64,000 nt of DNA. Origin: Candidatus Nanosyncoccus sp. (lineage in GTDB: Bacteria; Patescibacteriota; Saccharimonadia; Saccharimonadales; Saccharimonadaceae). A model generated the notes under the pieces. That model made no database searches. It saw only the letters and a list, made by a program, of their open reading frames with translations, and had not been told where the DNA came from. Below are positions 54,649 through 63,913 of this stretch, one piece after another (position 1 is the stretch's first letter; each line of letters starts with the position of its first letter). The stretch covers positions 2,896 through 66,895 of the forward strand of contig JAZTXX010000018.1 in the NCBI GenBank assembly GCA_045636645.1, given 5' to 3'. The translations under genes and the position numbers were made by a program.

Positions 54649-55788
54649 ATGATATATCTTGATCACGCTTCTGCAACCCCTATTCATAAGGAAGTTCTCG
54701 ACGCTATGATGCCATATTTTCAGGATGAGTTTTTTAACCCATCCTCTCCATACCTTCCTGCGAAAAAAGTCTCCGCCGACTACGAATCAGCTAAGGCCAC
54801 AATTGCCCATGCGGTCGGAGCGAAATCCTCGGATCTCGTGATTACCGCCGGTGCTACCGAGGCGAACAACCTAGCCTTCACGGCTGCATCCGTAATTCCT
54901 GACTACGAGATCTTGTATCTCTCAATCGAGCATGACTCTGTCAGGGCTGTCGCTGAATCTCTTGATGGAAGGCCAATCAAGGTCCTACCAAACGGCCTAA
55001 TTGATCTTGAAGATCTCAAGAATAAGATAACCGATCAGACAACTTTTATATCTGTTGCGCTGGTTAACAATGAGCTTGGAGTAATTCAGCCTCTCTCTGA
55101 AGTCGCCGGAATCATCCGAGAGGTTAAGATTGACCGTATGAAGAGGGGCGTTAAGACACCGCTTCTTCTTCATTCTGATGCTTCACAAGCTCTTGGTCTT
55201 CTCGACATCAGCGTCGCTAGGCTTGGGGTCGATCTCCTTACTCTTAATAGCGGAAAAATCTACGGCCCGAAAGGAGTGGGTGCTCTATATGTCTCTCACG
55301 ATGCAAGGTTGAAGCCTCTCACAATGGGTGGCGGACAGGAAAACGGAGTCCGTTCTGGAACCGAGAATGTTCCTGGCGTGATCGGCTTCGCTCGAGCTAT
55401 CGAAGGCGCCAAGAAGCACTTGAATGGAAATAGAAAAAAATACGCTTCTATGAAAAAATCATTTCTTAGTGAACTTAAAGATTATGAGCTTATTAATAAG
55501 AAGCATTCACTTGATAGCTTTATCGTAGTATGCTTCAAGGAGTTAGACGCCGAGAGATTAATATTTCTCCTAGAGGAAAGGGGTGTGTATGTTGCGACTG
55601 GCGCTGCTTGTGCAGCTTCTAAGGGTATAAAGTCGCACGTCCTTAAGTCTATTGGCTTATCCGACGAGCAGATTAATGGTTCACTCCGTATTAGCCTCGG
55701 TGAAACCAACACAGAGGGACAGATTCACGAGGCTGCAAGAATCATCAATGAAGTCGTGAGAAAAGAATACGAGCGAATTCATAGCTAG
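54649..55788 (+). CDS. Cysteine desulfurase (IscS/NifS-like)
   Basis: MIYLDHASATP, LHSDASQ, SGKIYGPKGVGALYV and ATGAACAAS. Confidence 0.75.
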   Translation: MIYLDHASATPIHKEVLDAMMPYFQDEFFNPSSPYLPAKKVSADYESAKATIAHAVGAKSSDLVITAGATEANNLAFTAASVIPDYEILYLSIEHDSVRAVAESLDGRPIKVLPNGLIDLEDLKNKITDQTTFISVALVNNELGVIQPLSEVAGIIREVKIDRMKRGVKTPLLLHSDASQALGLLDISVARLGVDLLTLNSGKIYGPKGVGALYVSHDARLKPLTMGGGQENGVRSGTENVPGVIGFARAIEGAKKHLNGNRKKYASMKKSFLSELKDYELINKKHSLDSFIVVCFKELDAERLIFLLEERGVYVATGAACAASKGIKSHVLKSIGLSDEQINGSLRISLGETNTEGQIHEAARIINEVVRKEYERIHS

Positions 55789-55828
55789 CTGATTATCTAA
55801 CCTGTCGGTTGATCAGCTAGTCGGCTGG

Positions 55829-57724
55829 TTAGTTGGTCATACAGCGAACCGGGAAACCATATGGCTTGATATAGCTGTAGGATGGGGCGAGACTGCCTCC
55901 ATATAAATTGAGGTAATATGCGAAGTAATGCCTGACCGTTGACGACCAGTAACTTCCTTCGCTACCTCTAGCACTATTGTATTGGTTGTGTCTATTGCCT
56001 GCCAATATGAAATTATTAGGAAACCTCCGTAGTGCTTTATGCCCAGAATCACCATTATTATTAAGTAAGCTGGCACTGTATTCGCCTAGACCTGAATCTG
56101 GTGCAACATCTGGAGAATTATTATGCATGACTAGCCTTGTTAGTCTATTAAAGTCTGAGTTTGGTAAGGAATTCTGGTTACCACTTGTCGGTAATCGCCA
56201 GCCATTAGGACAAATTGAGGTGGTCGTAAATGAGTATCCATCATTCTCGTTATTCTCGGTACTCGCAACGGCCGCTGGGAAGGTATAGTAGTTGCCATAG
56301 CCGTAAACATCAGTACCCGCGACGGAAAGATAATTCGAGCTTTCTTGGAACATCGTAGTTCTATGTAGGCTATTAACGGAACTATAGCGCGGGAAGCGAT
56401 AGGTCGGTCTGCTATCTTCACCAATACTCTCTCTAGTGGACAAATATGACTGATCGGAGCCGCTATAGTACAGCGAGTTAAGAAGCGGGGCATCCTCTCG
56501 TAGGTTCGTCTCGGGCTCAGCCAGACCGATAAAATCACCGTGGCCAGTGGATGAGCTTGAAGCGTAGCCCTGCGCTTGGCCGATCTGGGTGGCGCTTCTT
56601 GTGTATTTGCCTTCTAGTCTTAGATTTTCTATCATCCAGCAATGTCCATCTGCAAGTCTCGCGATGGCGTAGGTCTGATTATCACGAAGGTCTGTGAGGG
56701 CGGAAACACTCGCCATGGTTGCTCTACCCGTGACTGGAGCTGGGGTTAGGCTATTGCAGACAGAGACGTAGTCATCCTGCATGCTACCAACTGATTTAAC
56801 CCAGACGGCATACACTGATAGGCCTTCGTCAGCATACTGATCGGCAGTAAATGTGATATCTTCATTAGGGCCATAGTAGGTACCTGAATAATCGTATTTA
56901 TCGTTCCAGCCGGCAAAACCGTAGCCTTCTCTGGAATAATTCGAAGCAACTAGGGTTGCTGAAGTTGCATATGGATCAATCTGATGAAACGCTTCGCCGT
57001 CACCTGCAACCATTGTACCCTCAACACGGTTCAATACTCCGGTATTATAGCAAATATGTCGCGATTCACAGGGAATAGGCGAGATCTGTGGTTCAAGCTT
57101 GGCGACAGCATAAAAATTGATGACATTCCTGTATTCTCCGGCCGGCTGATCGCCTGATGCGCGAGCAGCAATCTTGAATTGGATCGATCTGCTATCTGCG
57201 GCCCGGTTCGTATTAATGATGTTCGCAACGTTCTCGGTGTCAGAATACAGTGGTAGACCAGAATAGTTTGACCATGTAGTATTCGAGCCTGCTGGTCGGT
57301 ATGCGTAACCCCAGGTATTATCAGCGGTTAGACTTGCCAGACTTTCGTCAGTCTCGATGCCGTAGAATCTCGTATAAGAATTGTCTATCATGAGGTCGCG
57401 ACTATTATAGTCAGTTGCTTGCCCGACAGATGCTGACAAACTATATCCGTAAACCGTATTAGTATCGACCGAGACGGTAATCTCGTTACTATCCCTAGAG
57501 GTGCCTGGAACTAGATTATCGATCCTTAAACCTGATGATGACATAGTCATCCTTAATTCTTCATCAAAGGAGAATTCGACTTCTGCGTTTGAGGAGAAGG
57601 AAATTGCTTTAGTTTCTTGATTTGATAGTAAAACAAATGAGAACAGGGAAAATAAAACTAGTACTCCTAGACCTCCGTAAAGATTTTTACGCCTAAACAG
57701 CGGATTGCTCTTATTGCGAACCAT
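55829..57724 (-). CDS. Secreted/cell-surface protein with C-terminal Fibrobacter-type (TIGR02145-like) domain
   Basis: N-terminal signal/anchor. A GYGFAGWN Listeria-Bacteroides-repeat-like segment. The C-terminus carries CWMIENLRL, YGYGNYYTF, CPNGWRLPT and YWSST. Confidence 0.55.
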   Translation of the reverse strand: MVRNKSNPLFRRKNLYGGLGVLVLFSLFSFVLLSNQETKAISFSSNAEVEFSFDEELRMTMSSSGLRIDNLVPGTSRDSNEITVSVDTNTVYGYSLSASVGQATDYNSRDLMIDNSYTRFYGIETDESLASLTADNTWGYAYRPAGSNTTWSNYSGLPLYSDTENVANIINTNRAADSRSIQFKIAARASGDQPAGEYRNVINFYAVAKLEPQISPIPCESRHICYNTGVLNRVEGTMVAGDGEAFHQIDPYATSATLVASNYSREGYGFAGWNDKYDYSGTYYGPNEDITFTADQYADEGLSVYAVWVKSVGSMQDDYVSVCNSLTPAPVTGRATMASVSALTDLRDNQTYAIARLADGHCWMIENLRLEGKYTRSATQIGQAQGYASSSSTGHGDFIGLAEPETNLREDAPLLNSLYYSGSDQSYLSTRESIGEDSRPTYRFPRYSSVNSLHRTTMFQESSNYLSVAGTDVYGYGNYYTFPAAVASTENNENDGYSFTTTSICPNGWRLPTSGNQNSLPNSDFNRLTRLVMHNNSPDVAPDSGLGEYSASLLNNNGDSGHKALRRFPNNFILAGNRHNQYNSARGSEGSYWSSTVRHYFAYYLNLYGGSLAPSYSYIKPYGFPVRCMTN

Positions 57725-57798
57725 AATATGTTTTTAGTATAACCTTAATGCATTGTATTTTCAAGGGTTGATTTATTGATGATTTATTGTATAACTTG

Positions 57799-57807
57799 TG
57801 GTATAAT
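57799..57807 (+). promoter_or_regulatory. Extended -10 box (TGGTATAAT), 7 nt before ATG 57815
   Basis: Leaderless-type spacing. Confidence 0.5.
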
Positions 57808-57814
57808 ATGGGGT

Positions 57815-58858
57815 ATGAAAACTGTTTATGTCGGGATGAGTGGTGGCGTTGATTCGAGTGTTTCAGCTCTTCTTTTGAAAGAACAGGGCTTCAATGTTGT
57901 CGGTATTTATATGAAGAATTGGTCGCAAGACCTGCCAGGGATGAAGTGTCCTTGGGCGGAAGATCTTGCTGATGCGAAACGTGTCGCCGTGAAGCTTGGG
58001 ATTGATTTTCAGGTCTGGGATTTTGAGGATGCGTACCGAGAAAAGGTCGTCGAGTATATGTTGGATGAATTTCGTAAGGGCAACACACCTAACCCCGACG
58101 TGATGTGTAACCAGGAGATAAAATTCAAACTTTTCTACGAGAAGGCTATGGAGGCTGGCGCTGATTTTATTGCGACTGGACACTATGCTAGAGTTCATGA
58201 TTCGAGTTTACTAAGGGCGGTTGATGAGAATAAGGACCAGACATATTTCCTCTATCGTATTTCCGAGGAATCCTTGTCACACACTCTTTTCCCGATTGGA
58301 GAGATGAAGAAGCCCGATGTGAAAAAACTCGCCGAGAAACACGAGCTCCATAATGCCTACAAGAAGGAGTCTATGGGGGTCTGCTTCGTTGGTGAGGTCG
58401 GGATGAAGGATTTTCTGAAGGAATATATCGATTTTCAACCTGGAGAAATCCGCGAAATCGAGAGCGAGAAAGTCCTCGGCTACCATGAGGGGGCGATTTT
58501 CTATACAATCGGTCAGAGACATGGTTTATATCTTAGCGGCGAGAAGGGTGTGATAAATGACGGGATGCCGTATTACGTCGTGAAAAAAGATGTTAAGAAG
58601 AATGTCATATATGTCTCCAAGAATCTGAACGACCAGAACTTATGGTCCGATCAACTGGAGCTTCGAGACGTCTTCCTGCGTTCTGATAAAATAAATCAAG
58701 GTGTTATGGTTCGGCTAAGACACCGAGCCCCGTTAGTTCCGGCAAAGTTCGACGGGAAGATCCTGAGTTTCGAATCAGGCCTTCGACGACCAGCATCTGG
58801 CCAATCCGCCGTAATCTATGACGGAGAGGTCTGCCTCGGCGGAGGAATTATTGCATAG
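57815..58858 (+). CDS. mnmA: tRNA 2-thiouridine(34) synthase MnmA
   Basis: VYVGMSGGVDSSV (PP-loop), NPDVMCN and ATGHYA. Confidence 0.9.
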   Translation: MKTVYVGMSGGVDSSVSALLLKEQGFNVVGIYMKNWSQDLPGMKCPWAEDLADAKRVAVKLGIDFQVWDFEDAYREKVVEYMLDEFRKGNTPNPDVMCNQEIKFKLFYEKAMEAGADFIATGHYARVHDSSLLRAVDENKDQTYFLYRISEESLSHTLFPIGEMKKPDVKKLAEKHELHNAYKKESMGVCFVGEVGMKDFLKEYIDFQPGEIREIESEKVLGYHEGAIFYTIGQRHGLYLSGEKGVINDGMPYYVVKKDVKKNVIYVSKNLNDQNLWSDQLELRDVFLRSDKINQGVMVRLRHRAPLVPAKFDGKILSFESGLRRPASGQSAVIYDGEVCLGGGIIA

Positions 58859-58860
58859 AA

Positions 58861-58890
58861 AACACCCCTCGTTTCGCGAGGGGTGTTATT
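58861..58890. terminator. Bidirectional terminator between convergent genes
   Basis: aacacccctcg-tttcg-cgaggggtgtt. Confidence 0.65.
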
Positions 58891-58903
58891 CGCAAACTAC
58901 CGA

Positions 58904-59107
58904 TTATATTATCATCATTGTTGCGCTTGCGAGAAGAAGAACTCCAGCTACTACGCTCATACCGGTGATGAAGTAGATGTGCATCTTCTCGCGACTCGAG
59001 ACTGTCCTCTTAGCAGTCCTCGTGCAAGTCCTCTTGCGAGCCTGGGTTGATCTCGCAGTTGTTTTTTTGGCAGTTTTTGTCGCAGTTTTTTTCTTTGCTT
59101 GTGCCAT
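58904..59107 (-). CDS. Small basic tail-anchored protein
   Basis: 67 aa. The N-terminal half is K/R/T-rich, with a single C-terminal TM segment. SD aaaggag. Confidence 0.5.
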   Translation of the reverse strand: MAQAKKKTATKTAKKTTARSTQARKRTCTRTAKRTVSSREKMHIYFITGMSVVAGVLLLASATMMII

Positions 59108-59182
59108 TTTGGCTCCTTTTATTAAATTTAATAAAGCTTATTCTTATTTTATCATAATATTTTTGAAAATGCAAGTGATTTT

Positions 59183-59191
59183 TGCTATAAT
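59183..59191 (+). promoter_or_regulatory. Extended -10 box (TGCTATAAT), 7 nt before ATG 59199
   Basis: Leaderless-type spacing. Confidence 0.5.
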
Positions 59192-59198
59192 AATCTGT

Positions 59199-61085
59199 AT
59201 GGACGCAAATACTATTAGACAAAAATTCTTAGATTTTCAAACCTCAAGAGGTCATAAGATTATCCAGCCAGCACCGCTCGTGCTTGAAGGTGACCCGACG
59301 ACACTTTTCACTGGTTCTGGGATGCAGCCGCTCCTGCCGTATCTGCTTGGTAAGGAACACTCTGAGGGGACTAGGCTAACAGATTCACAACCATCAATGA
59401 GGTTGCAGGATATTGAAGATGTTGGTGACCCGAGGCACACGACCGTATTTGAAATGCTCGGGAACTGGTCGCTCGGAGATTATTTTAAAGAAGAGCAGAT
59501 TCGAGGATTTTTCGAGTTTCTGACCCATGAGGTCGGCCTCGATCCTTCACGGATTTACGTGACTTGCTTCATTGGTAATGAAAAGTATGGTATCCCGCGT
59601 GACACCGAAGCGGCTGAAATCTGGCAGAAGGTTTTCTCTGAAGCCGGAATTGAGGCGAAGGTTGCCGAAATTGGCTCTGCATCCGATGGGGACAAGCGTG
59701 GTATTAAGCCAGGTGAGAGGATTTTCTTCTACGATGATAAGGAAAACTGGTGGAGCCGTGGCGGTGGTTGCGATTCGACGCCGATCGGTGATCCGTGTGG
59801 GCCAGATTCAGAGGTGTTCTATGACTTCGGCGAGGATAAGCAGGACGAAGAGAAATACGGTAAGGCTCACCCAGCTTCGGATGGGGCTAGGTTTATGGAA
59901 ATCGGCAACCAAGTTTTCATGCAGTATCGCAGGCTCGAGGATGGAAGCTTCGAAGAACTCGAAAAGAAGAATGTGGACTTTGGTGGTGGACTCGAGAGAA
60001 TTGCGGCAGCTGCGATTGATTCGTTTGACGTGTTCAAGATTTCTTTGATGAAACCGATTATTGATAAGCTGGAGGAGATTTCCGGGAAATCCTACGAGAA
60101 CAATACACACGAAATGCGCGTAATCGCAGATCATATCCGCGGAGCATATCTGCTGGCCGCTCAAGGGCTAGTGCCGTCAAATAAGACTCAGGGCTACGCG
60201 ATGAGGAGGCTACTTCGTCGGGCCATCCTAAGAGCACTTGACCTTGGTATTTCCTCGAATTTCTTAGCCGAAATTGTGCCGATCGTGGCTTCAAACTATA
60301 CAGATTTGCCTGACGCGATCCTGACACACCGCAGCGAAGCACTTGATGTGATGCTAAAAGAAGAGAATGCATTCAGAAAGACTCTAAACCGTGGGTTAAG
60401 GGAGCTTCGAAAGATGTCCGACCAGTCAGAGACTAAGGTCTTAAGTGGATTTGACCTTTTTAAACTTCAGGACACTTATGGGTTTCCAATGGAGCTCTCG
60501 GTCGAGGAATGCTATCGGGAAGGAATTGATTTATCTCCCGATTATCTTAAGGAATTCGAGCAGGCCTTGTCCGAGCAGCGCGAGAGGTCCCAGACTGCAT
60601 CTAAGGGTATGTTCAAGGGTGGCCTCGAGGACCACGGTGAGCAGACCGTTAAGTATCACACAGCGACCCACCTACTATTGGCAGCTCTTCAGAAAATCGT
60701 CGCTCCGGATATTGCTCAGAGAGGGTCGAACATCACTGCAGACCGCGTGAGATTTGATTTTAACTGCGACCATAAGCTTACATCTGAGGAGAAAACCGCA
60801 GTCGAAAATCTAGTTAACGAATGGATCGAAGCTGATCTTCCGGTAGTATTCGATGAATACGATAAGGCTTATGCGCGCGATACTTTGAAGGCGCACGGGC
60901 AGTTCTGGGATAAATATCCCGAGAAGCTGAAGGTCTACACAATTGGTGATTTTGATGCTCCGATCTCGCGAGAAGTTTGCGGTGGCCCACACGTTGAACA
61001 TACTGGCGCAATTGGTCATTTTAAGATTAAGAAAGAAGAGTCCTCATCCGCTGGGGTAAGAAGAATCAAGGCCGTCATAGAATAA
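59199..61085 (+). CDS. alaS: Alanine--tRNA ligase, short form (no C-Ala domain)
   Basis: MDANTIRQKFLDFQTSRGHKIIQPAPLV..DPTTLFTGSGMQ. The editing-site motifs HTATHLL and CGGPHV are present. The protein ends ..SSSAGVRRIKAVIE, at the end of the editing domain (628 aa). Confidence 0.85.
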   Translation: MDANTIRQKFLDFQTSRGHKIIQPAPLVLEGDPTTLFTGSGMQPLLPYLLGKEHSEGTRLTDSQPSMRLQDIEDVGDPRHTTVFEMLGNWSLGDYFKEEQIRGFFEFLTHEVGLDPSRIYVTCFIGNEKYGIPRDTEAAEIWQKVFSEAGIEAKVAEIGSASDGDKRGIKPGERIFFYDDKENWWSRGGGCDSTPIGDPCGPDSEVFYDFGEDKQDEEKYGKAHPASDGARFMEIGNQVFMQYRRLEDGSFEELEKKNVDFGGGLERIAAAAIDSFDVFKISLMKPIIDKLEEISGKSYENNTHEMRVIADHIRGAYLLAAQGLVPSNKTQGYAMRRLLRRAILRALDLGISSNFLAEIVPIVASNYTDLPDAILTHRSEALDVMLKEENAFRKTLNRGLRELRKMSDQSETKVLSGFDLFKLQDTYGFPMELSVEECYREGIDLSPDYLKEFEQALSEQRERSQTASKGMFKGGLEDHGEQTVKYHTATHLLLAALQKIVAPDIAQRGSNITADRVRFDFNCDHKLTSEEKTAVENLVNEWIEADLPVVFDEYDKAYARDTLKAHGQFWDKYPEKLKVYTIGDFDAPISREVCGGPHVEHTGAIGHFKIKKEESSSAGVRRIKAVIE

Positions 61086-61117
61086 TGTTGTAAATTTTAC
61101 AACAATCTGTATTGTGA

Positions 61118-62341
61118 TTATTTCTGAAGGATTTTGGCGATTTTGGCTTTGATTTTGTTTTCTTCGGGTGCGCCTGCCAGAGTGTCGATACCGACCCTGA
61201 GAAGACCGAGAGCCGTAGCATAAGAATGGTCGAGGTTGAAATCTGCATCGTTCTTGAGATTTGGGAGTTCTGCGACATCGATTAGGTGGATGACTGGGCG
61301 GCGCGAAAATGGTAGATCCTTGTACCAGTCGGAAATCGCCAAGGTCTCTTGGATGAGCGAAAGACTAGCGCCACCACCACAGAGCAAAACGTTCCGCGGA
61401 AGGCTTCCGACATTATCGAAGTCTTCCAACGCGACCTCGATTCCGGTGAGCCACACGCTAAGGTTGCGAGAAAGGGCTGATTCTACTTTGGCCTTGACAC
61501 GATCGTCTAGTTTAGTGGTATCAAAATCAAGCTTGTATTGCTCGGCCGTATCAAAATCTACTCCGAGCGACTCGGCGACTTGATGAGTGAAGCTTCGTCC
61601 ACCAATAGAGAACATTTTTGTTCCTTCAACTCCACCATCTTCGACGACAGCGATATCGGTCGTACCGCCGCCGATATCCATAACAATGCCAGAAAAACTC
61701 GAATCAAGATCATCACCGAGGCAGGCTCGACATACTGCAAATGGTTCCACGGCTACCGTAAGAAGGTCGAGATTGAGCTCCGCGCAGACTTTCTCGATAG
61801 CTGCAACATGAATTAGTGGGGCGAAGGCTGTGTAGAATTGGATCACGACGTCGGAACCCTTAAACCCGATAGGATTACTAATCTTGTATCCATCAATAGT
61901 TAGGGACACTATCGCTGAATTAATAAGTCTCACTTCAACATTCTCATTGCCGGTTTCGAGGGCGACAGTCTTCTTCGCAACTTCGCCGGATTTCTGCTGG
62001 ACTTTCTTGATGATCTCTTGCATCTCATTATCGGTGATGGGTTTATTCGGATTCTTACGATTGTAATGCACCGTAGTGGTTGAGCCCTTGATTAATTCAC
62101 CGGCAACACCGACAACCGTAAGGTCGGCGCGCTCGCGGGCCTTCTCCTCGACCTGGACTAATGCTTCCTCGCAGACACTAACAACTGCCGGAATATCCGC
62201 AATTGCACCATTGTACATATTGCCCTCAGTCTGCTTCGCCTTACCGACACCCAGAATCTCCAGGTCACCTTTCTTAGTTGGCCTAGCTAGAACTGCTTTA
62301 ACGAATTCCGTTCCAATATCAAGTCCTAAAATAGTGCTCAT
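61118..62341 (-). CDS. ftsA: FtsA-like actin-family ATPase
   Basis: MSTILGLDIGTEFVKAV, DIGGGTTDIAV and a C-terminal amphipathic tail KIKAKIAKILQK. A TGTTATAAT box lies 6 nt upstream of ATG 62341. No ftsZ is adjacent. Confidence 0.55.
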   Translation of the reverse strand: MSTILGLDIGTEFVKAVLARPTKKGDLEILGVGKAKQTEGNMYNGAIADIPAVVSVCEEALVQVEEKARERADLTVVGVAGELIKGSTTTVHYNRKNPNKPITDNEMQEIIKKVQQKSGEVAKKTVALETGNENVEVRLINSAIVSLTIDGYKISNPIGFKGSDVVIQFYTAFAPLIHVAAIEKVCAELNLDLLTVAVEPFAVCRACLGDDLDSSFSGIVMDIGGGTTDIAVVEDGGVEGTKMFSIGGRSFTHQVAESLGVDFDTAEQYKLDFDTTKLDDRVKAKVESALSRNLSVWLTGIEVALEDFDNVGSLPRNVLLCGGGASLSLIQETLAISDWYKDLPFSRRPVIHLIDVAELPNLKNDADFNLDHSYATALGLLRVGIDTLAGAPEENKIKAKIAKILQK

Positions 62342-62347
62342 GGTTCC

Positions 62348-62356
62348 ATTATAACA
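62348..62356 (-). promoter_or_regulatory. Extended -10 box (TGTTATAAT), 6 nt before ATG 62341
   Basis: The plus strand reads attataaca. Confidence 0.5.
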
Positions 62357-62415
62357 CATCGGATTAAGTAGACCTTAAAATATAGGCCCTATCTTGAACT
62401 TATAAAAGATAGAAT

Positions 62416-63102
62416 CTATATTTCAAACTCTATATACTTAGATGGTTTCAGGCTTGAGAGCTCATACTTTCCAAATTTGGTGCGATGAAGTTTTTCTACT
62501 TTATAGCCAAGGGCTTGGAAGGTTCGGCGGATCTGGCGATTGCGACCCTCGGTTAAAATCACCGTAAACGATTTCTTTGGGTCGCCACTCGATTGGTTTC
62601 TGATAACAGTGAACTTGCTTGGACCGTCGTCAAGCACTACGCCAAAATCCGAGATCATTTGTTGGTGGATTGGTTCTAGGGCCTTATCCAGCTCGACCTC
62701 ATAGATCTTCTCTTTATGGAACTTCGGGTGAGTCATCTGGAAGGCGAAATCCCCGTCGTTTGTGAGAAGGATTAATCCAGAAGAGTCCTTATCGAGGCGC
62801 CCGACGGTTTTAAGCTTATGGTATTTCTCGGGTAGGAGCTCATATAGGGTTGGAGCGCTCCCCTGAGCCCTTCTCGAACAGACATACCCGACCGGTTTAT
62901 TGAAAGCAAGATAGACATATTCCGTTTCGAACGGAATTACCTTATTATTATAACATATTTTATCGGATTTGTCTAGTCTAGCACCGAGGATTGCCTTCTT
63001 CCCATCGATGGTTATTTTGCCGGCAGAAATAAGTTCGTCTGCTTCGCGACGAGATACGCCAAGTCTCTCGGCTAGGAATTTATTGAGCCGGAGCTCCGCC
63101 AT
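62416..63102 (-). CDS. Pseudouridine synthase, RsuA/RluB family
   Basis: S4 domain LNKFLAERLGVSRREADELI and catalytic block VGRLDKDSSGLILLTNDG. Confidence 0.8.
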   Translation of the reverse strand: MAELRLNKFLAERLGVSRREADELISAGKITIDGKKAILGARLDKSDKICYNNKVIPFETEYVYLAFNKPVGYVCSRRAQGSAPTLYELLPEKYHKLKTVGRLDKDSSGLILLTNDGDFAFQMTHPKFHKEKIYEVELDKALEPIHQQMISDFGVVLDDGPSKFTVIRNQSSGDPKKSFTVILTEGRNRQIRRTFQALGYKVEKLHRTKFGKYELSSLKPSKYIEFEI

Positions 63103-63913
63103 CGTTTTCCTGCGGGGCAGCGTCGGCTGGCGCTGCTGGTGTTGCTGGAGCTGATGCTAAACCGGAGAATGATGCTGTATTGTCAGCTACAGGGGCTTCC
63201 GCCGGTGCGGCTACTTCTGTCTGGGCTGGAGCTTCCGCGAATGCGGCTGCGATTGCTGGGTCTACTGCTTCAGTCGCGACTGCTGGGGTTTCGGTCGCAG
63301 GGGCTTCCGTAATCTCCGGCGCTGGGGCTGCTGGTGCTTCAGGCGCCACTGGGGCTGGAGCTTCGGTAGCGGGAACCTCGGCTGCCGGTGCTTCAGGCAT
63401 TGGTACAACAGGGGCTGCTGGCGCTTCAGGCGCAGCTGGGGCTACTGGAGTTTCTGCTGACGCAGCTGGGGCTACTGGAGTTTCTGTGGTAGTTGGAGCT
63501 CCCGGAGTAGCTGGAGCTTCTGCGCCGGCTGGAGCGGCTGGAGCTCTGTCACCAATTACTTCATGGATTGCTGCTACGACATCCTCGATACCAACCTGTG
63601 ATTTAACGAGATATCTATCTGCACCAAGGCGCTCGCCTCTCTGGCGTTGATCCTCTGCGGAAAGTGCGGTCATCATAATAACTTTGATGTTTGCTGTTTC
63701 TGGAGTTGAACGAAGAATATCAAGCATATCAAAACCGGAAATTTTAGGCATCATGACATCAGACAGAATTAGGTCTGGCTTCTCGCGTACAGCGACAGCT
63801 AGGGCCTCTTCACCGTCGCCTGCCGAAACCACTTCGTAGCCTTCGGCGGTGATGCGTATACTGTAGATTTCGCGAAGCGATGCATCGTCTTCGACTACCA
63901 TTACTTTACTCAT
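63080..63913 (-). CDS. Single receiver-domain response regulator with ~155-aa Pro/Ala/Glu/Thr-rich tail
   Basis: The REC domain has VMVVEDD, LILSDVMMPKISG and KVIMMTA..K. The tail is low complexity (APAAPAGAEAPATPG...). Confidence 0.75.
   Translation of the reverse strand: MSKVMVVEDDASLREIYSIRITAEGYEVVSAGDGEEALAVAVREKPDLILSDVMMPKISGFDMLDILRSTPETANIKVIMMTALSAEDQRQRGERLGADRYLVKSQVGIEDVVAAIHEVIGDRAPAAPAGAEAPATPGAPTTTETPVAPAASAETPVAPAAPEAPAAPVVPMPEAPAAEVPATEAPAPVAPEAPAAPAPEITEAPATETPAVATEAVDPAIAAAFAEAPAQTEVAAPAEAPVADNTASFSGLASAPATPAAPADAAPQENDGGAPAQ
63431..63486 (-). repeat. 30-bp-period tandem repeat inside the Pro/Ala-rich tail
   Basis: cgcagctggggctactggagtttctg occurs at 63431-63456 and again at 63461-63486 (26/26 identical). 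It encodes ETPVAPAA twice. Confidence 0.85.

Noticed and set aside
55829-57724. Considered the surface protein as a diversity-generating-retroelement target.
   Set aside because: The window contains no reverse transcriptase gene, and I saw no template/variable repeat pair.
63180-63650. 156-aa plus-strand ORF (Ala/Gly/Ser/Thr-rich).
   Set aside because: It is the mirror image of the GC-rich Pro/Ala repeat tail of the response-regulator gene. It has no start context, and the open frame is a by-product of the repeat composition.
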